Positions 37,639-47,683 of a stretch of DNA of 56,518 nt are shown here, piece by piece. A program made the position numbers and the translations under genes. The first letter of the stretch is position 1; the number at the start of each line of letters is the position of its first letter. The notes beneath the pieces are model-generated. The model saw only the letters and a list, made by a program, of their open reading frames with translations, had not been told where the DNA came from and made no database searches. This stretch comes from Verrucomicrobiota bacterium. Its GTDB lineage: Bacteria > Verrucomicrobiota > Verrucomicrobiia > Limisphaerales > RI-55. The stretch lies in NCBI GenBank assembly GCA_041689265.1, contig JBDNGP010000160.1, forward strand, positions 1 to 56,518, written 5' to 3'.

Positions 37639-38403
37639 TTAGCTTCCGTGCACCAGCGCGTTGATCTGGCTCGCCGAATAGGCGGCGCCAAAGCCGTTGT
37701 CAATGTTCACGACGGTCACGCCGCTGCCGCAACTGGTGAGCATCCCGAGCAGCGCGGCAACTCCGCCAAACGCCGCGCCGTAGCCCACGCTGGTCGGCAC
37801 GGCAATGACCGGCCGCGAAACGAGTCCGGCCACAACCGACGGTAGTGCGCCTTCCATTCCGGCGACCACGATGAGGACGGTCGCCTGCTGCATTTTGTCG
37901 AGCTGACCGATCAACCGGTGAAGGCCTGCCACGCCGACATCGTAAATGCGTTCGACCGTGTTGCCCATGATGTCCGCCGTGACGGCGGCTTCCTCCGCCA
38001 CCGGTAAATCGGACGTTCCCGCGCTCATGATGGCGATGGTTCCCGGGCGCTTTTTCAAGGGGGATTTCTCAACCGTGATACATCTGGCGGCCTCGTGAAA
38101 CCGGGCTTTCTTGAGGGTCTTCCGGACGGCGGTGTAGTGCACACGGTTGATTCGGGTGATCAGAACGCGTTGTTCGGATTTGAGGATTTGGGCGGCGATC
38201 CGGGCAACCTGATCCGGAGTTTTTCCCGCGCCGAAAATGACCTCAGGGAACCCCTTTCGGACAGATCGGTGCGTGTCCACTTTGGCGAAATCAAGGTCTT
38301 CAAACGGAGCTGCCTGAAACCGGCGGAGAACAGCGTCTTGGGTGATGGTTCCGTGCTTGAAATTTTCGAGGAGTTCGCTGGCTTCGGCGGTGGTCATGCG
38401 CAA
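37639..38403 (-). CDS. larB: nickel-pincer cofactor biosynthesis protein LarB (PurE-like carboxylase/hydrolase)
   Basis: PurE-like AIR-carboxylase fold (IAIMSAGTSDLPVAEEA ... LIVVAGMEGALPSVVAGL). Sits immediately upstream of larC. Confidence 0.8.
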   Translation of the reverse strand: MRMTTAEASELLENFKHGTITQDAVLRRFQAAPFEDLDFAKVDTHRSVRKGFPEVIFGAGKTPDQVARIAAQILKSEQRVLITRINRVHYTAVRKTLKKARFHEAARCITVEKSPLKKRPGTIAIMSAGTSDLPVAEEAAVTADIMGNTVERIYDVGVAGLHRLIGQLDKMQQATVLIVVAGMEGALPSVVAGLVSRPVIAVPTSVGYGAAFGGVAALLGMLTSCGSGVTVVNIDNGFGAAYSASQINALVHGS

Positions 38404-38440
38404 GGATTGTCAGGAAGCACCGGCATGGTCACGCGTTTTA

Positions 38441-38830
38441 TCAGGACAGGAGGAAGACATGCATGTTCACAACGAACGCGAACAGGTTCATCAGAATCAC
38501 GGTGGCCAGCACAAACCGGGTGAGGCGCGGGGCGATGATCGCCAGCGATATGGCGGCGAAGAGCTGGAACAGTTTGCCAACCGGCGGACCGACTATGATG
38601 CCAAATGAATGGGAGAGGACGCGAACCACGGGGTTCTGTTCGGCTCCGACACCGACGACGGACATGAACGCGACGGTGGAGACCGCATCCAGCCCGATCG
38701 TGACCAGCAGCAGCCAGACATAAGGGCGATATTTTCCCATCAGCAGACGGGCGTTCTGCCGGAAGTTGATGGATTCATCGAGAAGCAAGAATTTCTCTGA
38801 ACGTAAAATGGCCGATTCGCGCGACATCAT
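38441..38830 (-). CDS. small membrane protein (3-4 TM), hypothetical
   Basis: Start taken at MMSRESAIL. Hydrophobic helices present. Lies 37 nt upstream of larB on the same strand. Confidence 0.4.
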   Translation of the reverse strand: MMSRESAILRSEKFLLLDESINFRQNARLLMGKYRPYVWLLLVTIGLDAVSTVAFMSVVGVGAEQNPVVRVLSHSFGIIVGPPVGKLFQLFAAISLAIIAPRLTRFVLATVILMNLFAFVVNMHVFLLS

Positions 38831-39133
38831 GCGGATTCGACATGCGGCGGGAGATTTTGTTCTGAGAAAAATTCGCGATCCAACTTTCAATCGGTGCCGC
38901 GAACGTACCGTCGGCATTGGCTGGGACTGATTGCTTCGACTGGAGAATCAGCGATATGGGGCGGCACCGGCACGGTAATTTCGGTTCCGCCTCAGAATCC
39001 CGTCACCGGATCTGCACATCCTGGTGATGAAAAAACAAATTTGGGGAATTAATTCTGACTGGATTATTGCCGATAACAACGTATGGTCGGGCCCTTGGCT
39101 GTAGCCAACCCTGCTAAAATATCATTAATCAAA

Positions 39134-40240
39134 ATGCCTCTCCGTATCCCATATTCGCGAGTTGACTGGGTCAACAGCGCCTTCCTTCTGGCCGTCTCGA
39201 TTTTCGCGGTCTTCGCCGCGCCGGTGTATCTGTGGAAGGTTGGAATCGACTGGTTCCTGGCCTGCCTGTTCCTGTTCTACGTCATTGCGACGGGAATCAG
39301 CATCACACTGGGCTATCACCGGCTTTTTTCGCATCTTTCGTTCAAAGCCAAATGGCCGGTGCGGCTCTTCACCCTCCTGTTCGGTGCCTGCGCGTTTGAG
39401 AATTCCGCACTGATGTGGGCAGCCGATCATCGGCGTCACCATAAACACACCGATCAGGCGGACGATCCCTACGATATTTCCCGCGGCTTTTTCTGGGCTC
39501 ACATGGGCTGGATTCTCTTCAAGGTGCTGCCCAAGCCGCCGTTGGATAATGTCGCCGATTTGCGGAAGGACCAGCTGGTGATGTGGCAGCACAAGTGGGA
39601 TAAATTGGTGGCTGTGCTGCTCGGATTCGCTCTTCCCACGTTGTTGGGTTTCCTCTGGAATGGCTGGGCGGGTGCGCTCGGCGGGTTTCTTGTCGTTGGC
39701 GTGCTGCGCGTCTTCGTCGTCCAGCAGTGCACATTCTTCATCAACAGCCTGTGCCACACCATCGGTGGGCAGCCCTATTCGAGCCGGTGCAGCGCACGGG
39801 ACAGCACGCTCATGGCGTTTCTCACCTTTGGGGAAGGCTACCACAACTTCCATCACGAATTCCAGAGCGACTACCGGAATGGCGTGAAGCCGTGGAACTT
39901 CGATCCAACCAAATGGACGATCTGGCTGCTGGCCAGGGTCGGGCTTGTCTCGGATTGCCGTACGGTCTCGGCAAACCGAATTCTTCTCGCGGAAATCGCT
40001 GAGGTGCGTCGCCGGACCGAGGAACATCTTGCTTCCATCGACGCCGCAGGTGTCAGCGTCTGCGCGAAAGCACGCCGGGCTGTCGATGAACTGCACGAGC
40101 GACTGACTGCCGCCTACCACGAACTGGAAATTGCCATCGCGGAGAAAGCGGAAATGTCACGGCACGTTGTTGACCGTTGGAGGAAGGATACCCGCGAATT
40201 GATGCAGTATTTGAGGCAGCTCACGCCGCAGCCAATTTGA
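39134..40240 (+). CDS. acyl-CoA (delta-9) fatty acid desaturase with C-terminal coiled-coil extension
   Basis: Has the three desaturase His boxes (HRLFSH ; HRRHHKHTD ; HNFHHEF) and four TM segments. About 100 extra C-terminal residues that look helical. Confidence 0.85.
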   Translation: MPLRIPYSRVDWVNSAFLLAVSIFAVFAAPVYLWKVGIDWFLACLFLFYVIATGISITLGYHRLFSHLSFKAKWPVRLFTLLFGACAFENSALMWAADHRRHHKHTDQADDPYDISRGFFWAHMGWILFKVLPKPPLDNVADLRKDQLVMWQHKWDKLVAVLLGFALPTLLGFLWNGWAGALGGFLVVGVLRVFVVQQCTFFINSLCHTIGGQPYSSRCSARDSTLMAFLTFGEGYHNFHHEFQSDYRNGVKPWNFDPTKWTIWLLARVGLVSDCRTVSANRILLAEIAEVRRRTEEHLASIDAAGVSVCAKARRAVDELHERLTAAYHELEIAIAEKAEMSRHVVDRWRKDTRELMQYLRQLTPQPI

Positions 40241-40354
40241 TCGTTGAGCGCGTGGTGTCCGGACTTGTTTCGACTCCTTGGGAATTCCGGACGTACAAGA
40301 CTGCCCGGTTCAGGCAATTCACGAATTTACGTGACGACTTATTGCTGCAACAAA

Positions 40355-40549
40355 ATGACCGATGCGGTTACTTCGGTCTGCGCAGAACATCCCGATCAAT
40401 CAGATTGCCCGGACGCTTTGATTCATTATGCGCAGCGTTCCCGGAGCTACGGCATCATTATTCATGACGGCGGCAGTTCGCGCGTGAACATTGCTTTTTG
40501 TCCGTGGTGCGGCTCCCAGCTTGATGGCCAATCCGAAAAGCCGACATGA
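40355..40549 (+). CDS. hypothetical small Cys-containing (zinc-ribbon-like) protein
   Basis: Start taken at MTDAV. Has C..H...C and a CPWCG motif. Confidence 0.3.
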   Translation: MTDAVTSVCAEHPDQSDCPDALIHYAQRSRSYGIIIHDGGSSRVNIAFCPWCGSQLDGQSEKPT

Positions 40550-40676
40550 GGAGACAATAGCCAACAAGGACCGGCATCGATGATATGGGGATCTGTCTCC
40601 TGCGAAAACGATCGCCAGCTACGATGTCGAGAATGACATCCACCGTTTCCGGCCGGCTCGTTTTGCGTCCCATTTT

Positions 40677-42332
40677 CTAACGATACGCCGCCGGATTGTA
40701 GGTTCCGGTCGGGTTCCAGATGAGGTAGCTGTCAACCCCCTGATCTGCCGCAGCGCGAATCTGGGCCTTCACTTCGGTCGCCCCGTAGTTGATGTGTCCC
40801 TTGACCCAGGAAGCGGTGAAGCCCTGTAGCCACGGCCGAATCTGCGCCGGCGGATGCAGCTCCTTGTTCCGCGCCAGCGCGTCCGCAAGGCCGCGATAGA
40901 TCAGGTCATACGGGCGGGCGTCGGGAATCGGAAGCTGATACACCGTGTTGGCATAATGACTCGGATACATCATCGGGCAGATGTAGTCGACGGCGTTGCT
41001 GACGGCTTCCCAATATTGACCGATGCGCATGTCGTCCACGGTTGTCGTGACGAGGCCGAAGACGTCGGCGGCGATGTAAACCTTGAGCGGTGAGAGTGCC
41101 CGTCGCGCTTCCAGAAGAAAGTTCTGAATGACTTCCGCCTTGATCGAATCGGATGAACCGTTCCGGTAGTTCAGGTTCGCCGCACGGGGCACGTCGGGGA
41201 ACCGCACGTAATCAAATTGAACCTCGTTGAATCCCGCCTCTGCCGCCTCTTTTGCGAGGGCGATGTTATAGGCCCGGAACCCGGAATCGTAGGGCGATGA
41301 CCAGGACAGTCCGTCGCCGCTCTTGTAGACCTGTCCGTTCGCCTTGTTAATGATCGCACTCTCCGGATGCGCCTTCACGTAAAGCGGATCCTTGAACGTG
41401 ACGATGCGGGCAATCAGATAGATGTTCTTCGCCTTCAATTTTTGGATGAGCTCGGAGACGTCGTTATACTTGGCGGTAGCGTTGGCCTGCGGAACCAGTC
41501 GCGCCGCCGTCGCCGACTTGGTGAGCAGACCGCCGACGTCATCTTTGAAATCGATGACCAGCGCGTTGAGTTCCGTGGTGTCGAGGAGATTGATAATGCT
41601 GTCAAAACGATCGGAGGCCAGGACGTTGAATGAAACGTAGACGCCCTTCGCCTGAATCTTCGGATTGCCGGGATAACTCGGTTTGGGAACGGGCGCGTAA
41701 TCCAGTCGCTCAAACTGTTCAAAATACTCGCCGGACGGCTTGTTGAATGTGGTTGCCTTGAGCGGAGCCGAGCGCGGCGTGTTCGTCGAACGGGAACCTC
41801 CCACCGCCGCCGGGGCGGGGGGGACGGATGACGCGGAAGAAAGGAATTCTGTGGCGACCCATCCAATCTGTTTGCGCCCCTTGGCGATGTACTCGATCCG
41901 CGACCACTTTTGACCGTTCCGTTCCGTTGTCTCGGACGTCACCGTGACAGCAGTGTTTCTCGGTAGCCGCTCATCGATTCGGGCGTTTGCGCTCGCCCTG
42001 GAGCGGACGTTCAACGTCGTCGCATTGACATAGCGAATCACGCGCTTGGATAGTGGCACCGGTGCCGGTGGCGCGGCCGTGGTCGATTGAATCGGGGGTG
42101 CCGGTTCCGCTATCGGCGCGGTCGAAGTCGGTTCGGTTTCGACCGGCTGCTCCTCGTCGAAAGAGGTCACCTCGCGCGGCACGACCCGTTCGAGCGGGGC
42201 AGGGCCCCGGCGGACCGGGGTGACTTGAGTTGTGTCGGTCTTGTTCCCTTCACGATTTCCTGCACAGCCGTTCAGAAGAATTGCCGTGCCGGTGATCAGA
42301 GCGAAAAATTGGGGTTGCTTCAGCCAGGTCAT
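40677..42332 (-). CDS. lipoprotein with Pro/Thr-rich linker, SH3b domain and C-terminal putative glycoside-hydrolase-like (DUF4015-type) TIM-barrel domain
   Basis: Lipobox (LLNGCAG) after the Met at 42332. SH3b-like segment (RYVNATTLNVRSRAS...GWVATEFL). The C-terminal region resembles the DUF4015 putative glycosyl hydrolase family. Confidence 0.6.
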   Translation of the reverse strand: MTWLKQPQFFALITGTAILLNGCAGNREGNKTDTTQVTPVRRGPAPLERVVPREVTSFDEEQPVETEPTSTAPIAEPAPPIQSTTAAPPAPVPLSKRVIRYVNATTLNVRSRASANARIDERLPRNTAVTVTSETTERNGQKWSRIEYIAKGRKQIGWVATEFLSSASSVPPAPAAVGGSRSTNTPRSAPLKATTFNKPSGEYFEQFERLDYAPVPKPSYPGNPKIQAKGVYVSFNVLASDRFDSIINLLDTTELNALVIDFKDDVGGLLTKSATAARLVPQANATAKYNDVSELIQKLKAKNIYLIARIVTFKDPLYVKAHPESAIINKANGQVYKSGDGLSWSSPYDSGFRAYNIALAKEAAEAGFNEVQFDYVRFPDVPRAANLNYRNGSSDSIKAEVIQNFLLEARRALSPLKVYIAADVFGLVTTTVDDMRIGQYWEAVSNAVDYICPMMYPSHYANTVYQLPIPDARPYDLIYRGLADALARNKELHPPAQIRPWLQGFTASWVKGHINYGATEVKAQIRAAADQGVDSYLIWNPTGTYNPAAYR

Positions 42333-42586
42333 GGTTTGGTGGGGCGATTTAGCCGGGAACCACGGGGCAACGCAAGCAACACTCACAGGATTCAGGTGGA
42401 AAAAATGTGGTGATGAAAATCCAGACCCGGAAATGGAACCCACGAACAGCCACGCTTGGTGTTCAGCGGTAGTTCCGTTCGGACTCGTTTCGCTCTGGCC
42501 TCGAATTCTAGAACCTTTCGACCTCATCCGAGGAAACAACGCGGATTGCCAGACCTTCAAAAGTCGACTAGCGTCCGAGCTTTCCT

Positions 42587-45500
42587 ATGATTGGGAACCG
42601 ATCCATTAGATTGTTGGTCGCGGCGTTATGCCTGGGAGCGATGTCAGCCTCGGCGGCGGCGCTGGTAGAGAATCCGCTGCTACAGCTGCGTCACCCAGCG
42701 GGTTTTTTTGTGCAGAAGATCGCCACCGACGAACAGGTTCACAATGTCCGGACGATCGCTCTGAACGCACAGAGTCAGCTGTATGCGTCAAGCCGCGGCT
42801 GGATCCGGGGACTGAAAGACACCGACGGCGACGGACAGATCGACGGGGTCACATTGTTCGCCGAAACCTTTACGGGAGCCTCGGGAATGGTGTTCGTCGG
42901 GAATGACCTGTACGCGTTGGCGGACGGGTATTTCTGTCGTTACCTCGACTCGAATGGCGACGGCGTGGCGGATGGTCCTCCCCAGAGATTTTTCCAATTC
43001 GATGCGGGCGAAGGCGGTGCCCACTCGCTGCGGCGTGGTCCGGACGGCAGTTGGTACATCATCACCGGCCCGCACACGCGGTTGAACAACCAGCACTGGA
43101 ATCATCCGGGCTCGCCGATCCGCCAGCCCACGGCCGGGTCGCTGGTCCACATTTCCGCCGACCTGAGCCGGAGCGAAATTTTGGCGGACGGATTCTACAA
43201 CGCGGTTGATTTTGATTTTCATTTCACAGGCGCCATTTTCACACCGGACAGCACGTTGATGCAGGATCAGCTGATGCCCTGGCATGTGATGCCGAGGTTG
43301 TTTCATATCGCTCACGCGGCTGACCATGGATGGGAACAACCGGGGCCGTTCCGACCGTGGTCTTTTCCAGATTACTATCCCGACCAGGTCCCGGTGAACT
43401 GGTCGTTGACCGGCAACATCGGTTCGGGGATCGAGTTCTACCGGCATTATCAGTTCCCCATGGACTACCGCAACGGGGTCTTCGTTTGCGATTGGGAGAA
43501 TGGCCGGGTGCTGCACGTCCAGCCGCGTGCGTTTCAGTCTTCGTTCACCTCGACGGTGAACCTGTTCATCGAATCGATCGGCAGCAATGGATTTACTCCG
43601 CTCGACCTCGTAGTCGAAGAGGAGGGTTCGCTGTTGGTCGCGAGCGGCGGGCGCGGAACGGCCGGCGGAGTCTACCGCGTCCGGTATGTCCTGCCCGATC
43701 CGGCCACCGGCAAACTGCCGGACCAGCCCCCGCCATACATGAGCAATCTGGACGCGGCTCTGCGTCTGCCGCAGCGGCTCGAACTGTGGTCCCGCGCCAA
43801 GTGGATGCCACTCGCGATCCGCGAGGGACGCCGCGCGTTTGAAGGCGTGGCGGTGAGTCCGATCGATCCGGAGGAATACAAGCTGGTCGCGGTGGACGTT
43901 CTCACCGAGCTGTTCGGCGGCCTTAATAAGATTGTGGTCGAGAGGACCTCCAAGTCGGCGTTTCCGAGCGTTCGAGCCAGAACTGCTTGGTCGATGAGCC
44001 GGTATCCGTTTTACGGATATCTGCCATTCTTGAGCACGCTGGCCGAGGATGAATCTCCGTTGGTTCGTCGCGCGGCGCTCGACGCGGCCCTCGATCTTTC
44101 GGGCAATATCCCGGCGAGCGAACTGTTCCGAATCAGCGGAATGAATTTGGGCAACGACGATCAGCGTGTGCGCGAGGGAGCCGTCGCGGTCGCGGCCCGT
44201 CTGCCGGACGCCCAGTGGAAGCTGCTCACGAACCAGTTGAACAAGGCCACGTCGATGCACCGGCTTGGTGTGGCGCTTGCCGCCATCAAGCGCGCGGACA
44301 CCGGCACCATCAATGATTTCGCCATCGACCAGGCGCTTCAGGTCCTGGGCAATCCGGAGAAGGGCACCCCGCTGCTGGGCATGACGGCGCTGCGGGTGTT
44401 GATGCGGAGTTTCGGAGATTGGAACCTGGCACATACGACGGTGGAGGCCTTTGCGCCGTTTGAGTTGACACTGGCCTCGCCGCTCGCGTTTGACCGCTCC
44501 CTGCAGATTCTCGACACGCTTCGACTGATCTTCCCAACGGGCACCGAACCGCTTCTTGACGCCGAACTTGCGCGGCTGCTGGGCATGCTGGGCGATTCCA
44601 ATCCCGACGCCGTCCTGCTCATGTTGAATGCGTTCGGACCGCGGAGCCCGGCGACGTCCGACATCCATTATCTTGCGGCGCTCACGCAGTTGAATCCATC
44701 ACCAGCACCCGGCGCCATCACCAATCTGGCGGAAGTGTTGTTATGGATGGACGACAAAGTTGGGGTGGCGATGGACCTTCCGGTGCAGGAATGGAAACCG
44801 CGCGTGATCGAAATCGCGTCACGGCTGATCGCGAAACATCCAATGGTGGGCTCGGCTTTGATGGGGCACAAAGATTTTGCCCGACCGGAGCACGCATATC
44901 TGTCGGAGGCGTTGCTGGCCGCCCAGCTTCCGGTGGCGCGGACAGTTTTCCGGAGCGCAATTCAGACTTATCCAGGCTACAAGTGGACCCCGGAGCTCGT
45001 TAAACTGATGGCCGGCGAACCGACGCCGGAACTGTTCGAGACCCTGCGCAAGCTGTGGGGCAACGCCGGTTTGCGCGAGGCGATCGTCCGTGGTCTGGCC
45101 AACGAACCGGCGGTTGTTGATCGGGATAAGTTCATCGCCGCACTCACCTCGTCGGAGCCGGAAACCCTTGTGGCGGCAGTCGGCGCTCTGAGCAAGATCG
45201 AGGAGCCGGACTATCAGCAGGTGCTCGGGCCGATGATGTCGGCGCTCCATCGCGCCGCGACTCGTCCGCCGGAGTGCGCCGTCCGTTCGGCGATTGTCGG
45301 CTGGTTGAAAACACAAGCCGGGTTCACTACTGAGGTAACGGAAACGGACACCGATATCCGGAGCTTGGAAATCGCCTACACACCCGTTTTCGCGTGGTTC
45401 GCCAGCACCCACAAATCGGTTGCTGTTGCGCTCTCCGGGATGGACGAAAACAGTTTCGACTACTGGCAGGAACAGATTCAATCCGTGCCTTGGACCGGTG

Positions 45501-45901
45501 GAAAAATTGACAAGGGTCAAAAACTGTTCGTCGATCACCAGTGTGCGAAATGCCATGCCGACGGCGGCGGACTTGGGCCGGACCTGATCGGCGCCACGGA
45601 ACGCCACACGCCGACCAGCCTGATGCGGGCGGTCATCTTTCCGCACCTGGACATCACGGAGGGATTTTCCGTGAGCAATCTGACGACGAAAAACGGACAG
45701 CATTACGTCGGTGTGATTGTTTTCGAATCGCCCTACACAATCGTGATGCAGACTGAGGACGGGCGGACGGTTCGCCTGCGCCAATCCGAAATTCAACTGC
45801 GCCTCGCCACGCATCAGACAACCATGCCGATCGGTCTGATGAAACGGACCAACGCCCGCGATCTCGCCAATCTCTACGCGTATTTGAAGACGATTCAGTA
45901 A
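42587..45901 (+). CDS. PVC-type giant protein: putative membrane-bound dehydrogenase beta-propeller domain + HEAT repeats + C-terminal cytochrome c (CxxCH)
   Basis: Signal peptide. N-terminal domain with the DTDGDGQIDGVTLF / YFCRYLDSNGDGVADG propeller pattern. HEAT-like repeats. C-terminal CAKCH heme-binding motif (GQKLFVDHQCAKCHADGGGLGPDL). Confidence 0.8.
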   Translation: MIGNRSIRLLVAALCLGAMSASAAALVENPLLQLRHPAGFFVQKIATDEQVHNVRTIALNAQSQLYASSRGWIRGLKDTDGDGQIDGVTLFAETFTGASGMVFVGNDLYALADGYFCRYLDSNGDGVADGPPQRFFQFDAGEGGAHSLRRGPDGSWYIITGPHTRLNNQHWNHPGSPIRQPTAGSLVHISADLSRSEILADGFYNAVDFDFHFTGAIFTPDSTLMQDQLMPWHVMPRLFHIAHAADHGWEQPGPFRPWSFPDYYPDQVPVNWSLTGNIGSGIEFYRHYQFPMDYRNGVFVCDWENGRVLHVQPRAFQSSFTSTVNLFIESIGSNGFTPLDLVVEEEGSLLVASGGRGTAGGVYRVRYVLPDPATGKLPDQPPPYMSNLDAALRLPQRLELWSRAKWMPLAIREGRRAFEGVAVSPIDPEEYKLVAVDVLTELFGGLNKIVVERTSKSAFPSVRARTAWSMSRYPFYGYLPFLSTLAEDESPLVRRAALDAALDLSGNIPASELFRISGMNLGNDDQRVREGAVAVAARLPDAQWKLLTNQLNKATSMHRLGVALAAIKRADTGTINDFAIDQALQVLGNPEKGTPLLGMTALRVLMRSFGDWNLAHTTVEAFAPFELTLASPLAFDRSLQILDTLRLIFPTGTEPLLDAELARLLGMLGDSNPDAVLLMLNAFGPRSPATSDIHYLAALTQLNPSPAPGAITNLAEVLLWMDDKVGVAMDLPVQEWKPRVIEIASRLIAKHPMVGSALMGHKDFARPEHAYLSEALLAAQLPVARTVFRSAIQTYPGYKWTPELVKLMAGEPTPELFETLRKLWGNAGLREAIVRGLANEPAVVDRDKFIAALTSSEPETLVAAVGALSKIEEPDYQQVLGPMMSALHRAATRPPECAVRSAIVGWLKTQAGFTTEVTETDTDIRSLEIAYTPVFAWFASTHKSVAVALSGMDENSFDYWQEQIQSVPWTGGKIDKGQKLFVDHQCAKCHADGGGLGPDLIGATERHTPTSLMRAVIFPHLDITEGFSVSNLTTKNGQHYVGVIVFESPYTIVMQTEDGRTVRLRQSEIQLRLATHQTTMPIGLMKRTNARDLANLYAYLKTIQ

Positions 45902-46103
45902 GTTGGCTCTCCAAGAAACAGTCCCGGGCTAAACGCGGCGAAGCTGGTTTCAATCTGGTCCGTCGATCGCGTTGGTCGACGTCGGGTTTCGCAATCTGAC
46001 GCGGTGGGATGATCGTCTCTATCTGCTTCGGTCGGGAACTAAAAGCAAAAGTCTCGACGGTTGGTTTCTCGTGATGGTTAATCCCTGCGTTCCCGTTTGA
46101 ATC

Positions 46104-47326
46104 ATGGACAGCACCAGCTTACGCAAATGGATCACTTGGTCGATGGTGGGGGTGCTGTTGTTGTCGCTGGTTTACTGGTTCGCGACACGGGGACGGATTC
46201 CATCTGAGGTCCGTATCGCCACGGGGAGGCCGGGCGGCGAGTATTACTCCTTTGCAGCGTATCAGGGAAACGTCATCGAAAGTCGGAACAACGGGGTGTC
46301 TGTCAGTGTGGTGGACACGGAAGGAAGTCTCGACAACGTTGAAAAGCTGATCGTGGATGGCAGCGTTGAGGTGGCAATTCTTCAGGGCGGGTGTGTTGAC
46401 CTTTCGGGTTTCGGTGAAACGGAACAACCTGTGATCATCGCTCCGTTGTTTCAAGATGTGGTGCATGTGGTTGTGCGCAATGGGCGCGGCATTTCCAAAA
46501 TGTCCGATCCGGCGGGGCGGCGCATCGTGATCGGAAGTTCCAAGTCAGGGATGCGGCAAAGTGCGGAGTTCCTGTTGGAACAATATGATCTGATCGGAAA
46601 GTTTGAGGAGGCGGAATCGAACTATTTTGATGCCCTGCCGGACGACGAATCGATCGATGCGGCGATCATCACTTCGGGGCTTCAAAATCGAGATCTGCGG
46701 CGGATTTTGAAGACGGGTGACTATTCGTTGCTCCCGGTCACGGACGCTTCCGCGATGGAGATTGCGGATCCATACTTCCGGAAGTTTGAAATCTCCAGAG
46801 GCATGTAACATGAGCAACCGCCGGTGCCCTCGGCCGCTGTCCAGACGATCGCGACCACGGCCTTCATCGTCGCGCGTGGGGATGTGGGTGATCTTTTGGT
46901 CGAGGAGATTCTGGCCTCGATTTATCAGGAAGGATTGCGGCTCAAAGTGCCGTCGCTTCAATCTCGTGTTGAGGCCCGCAATGGCTTGTTTTTCCGATGC
47001 ACCCGATCGCGCGGCGATACTTCGATCCGCAGGATGAGATCGGTCACATGGCGGCCGTGATGGAGTCATTGGCGGCGACGAAGGAACTGTTCTTCGCCCT
47101 TGCCGCGGGGATTTATCTGCTCAGGGAACGCTGGCGTCGGTTGAAGGAAAAGGAACTGCAGGCCGAGCTGCGCGTGCAGAAGGATCGCCTCGACGAGCTG
47201 TTGACACGAACGGTTGAAATCGAAACCCAACAGATTGGTGAGACCGATGAGAATATTCTTCGAGTGATGCTCGATGATGTCACGCGGATCAAGTTGCAGG
47301 CGCTTGACGAATTGAGCCATGAGTAG
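46104..47326 (+). pseudogene. TAXI-family TRAP solute receptor-like gene disrupted by an in-frame TAA (46806) and a frameshift near 46985-46995
   Basis: N-terminus TGRPGGEYYSFA is the TAXI signature. The reading frame continues after the TAA (…FEISRGM*HEQPPVPSAAVQTIATTAFIVARGDV…). The downstream TAXI HPGA-like motif (MHPIARRYF) is in the -1 frame, just after a T5 run (ggcttgtttttccgatg). The tail has a TM helix plus coiled coil. Confidence 0.5.
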
Positions 47327-47683
47327 CTCCGCGGCGACCGAAGTTTCCTAATTTTTCTCACCCAATGCTCCAACCTGATCAGTAAGATCCAGGCAAAGAT
47401 TGCGAGCAGCCAGTCAGCGCGTTCACGGCAGGTCTACCTGACCACGATCGGACTGGCTGTCGGTGCTCTGATGTGCCTGTGGCCGGGGAGAACACGAGAT
47501 CAAAATGATGTTGATGAAAAGACATCGCGTTAATTCGTTGATGAAAATGAACGGGCGGGATATTCCGTCTGCATCCTGAGTGAGTATAAACGGATAAACC
47601 TGTTGTAATGGCGTTCCCAAGTTGAATTGCCGAATCTCTGTCAGCACCGTGAGACAGTGGACAAACTGAACAACCGATAAACC

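Noticed and set aside
42788-45814. 626-aa and 331-aa minus-strand ORFs inside the PVC heme-binding gene
   Set aside because: Shadow ORFs with Arg-rich low-complexity translations.
46960-47000. Programmed -1 ribosomal frameshift at GUUUUUC in the TAXI gene
   Set aside because: The heptamer is not a canonical X_XXY_YYZ slippery site, and the same gene also carries an in-frame TAA. Decay or a sequencing error is more parsimonious.
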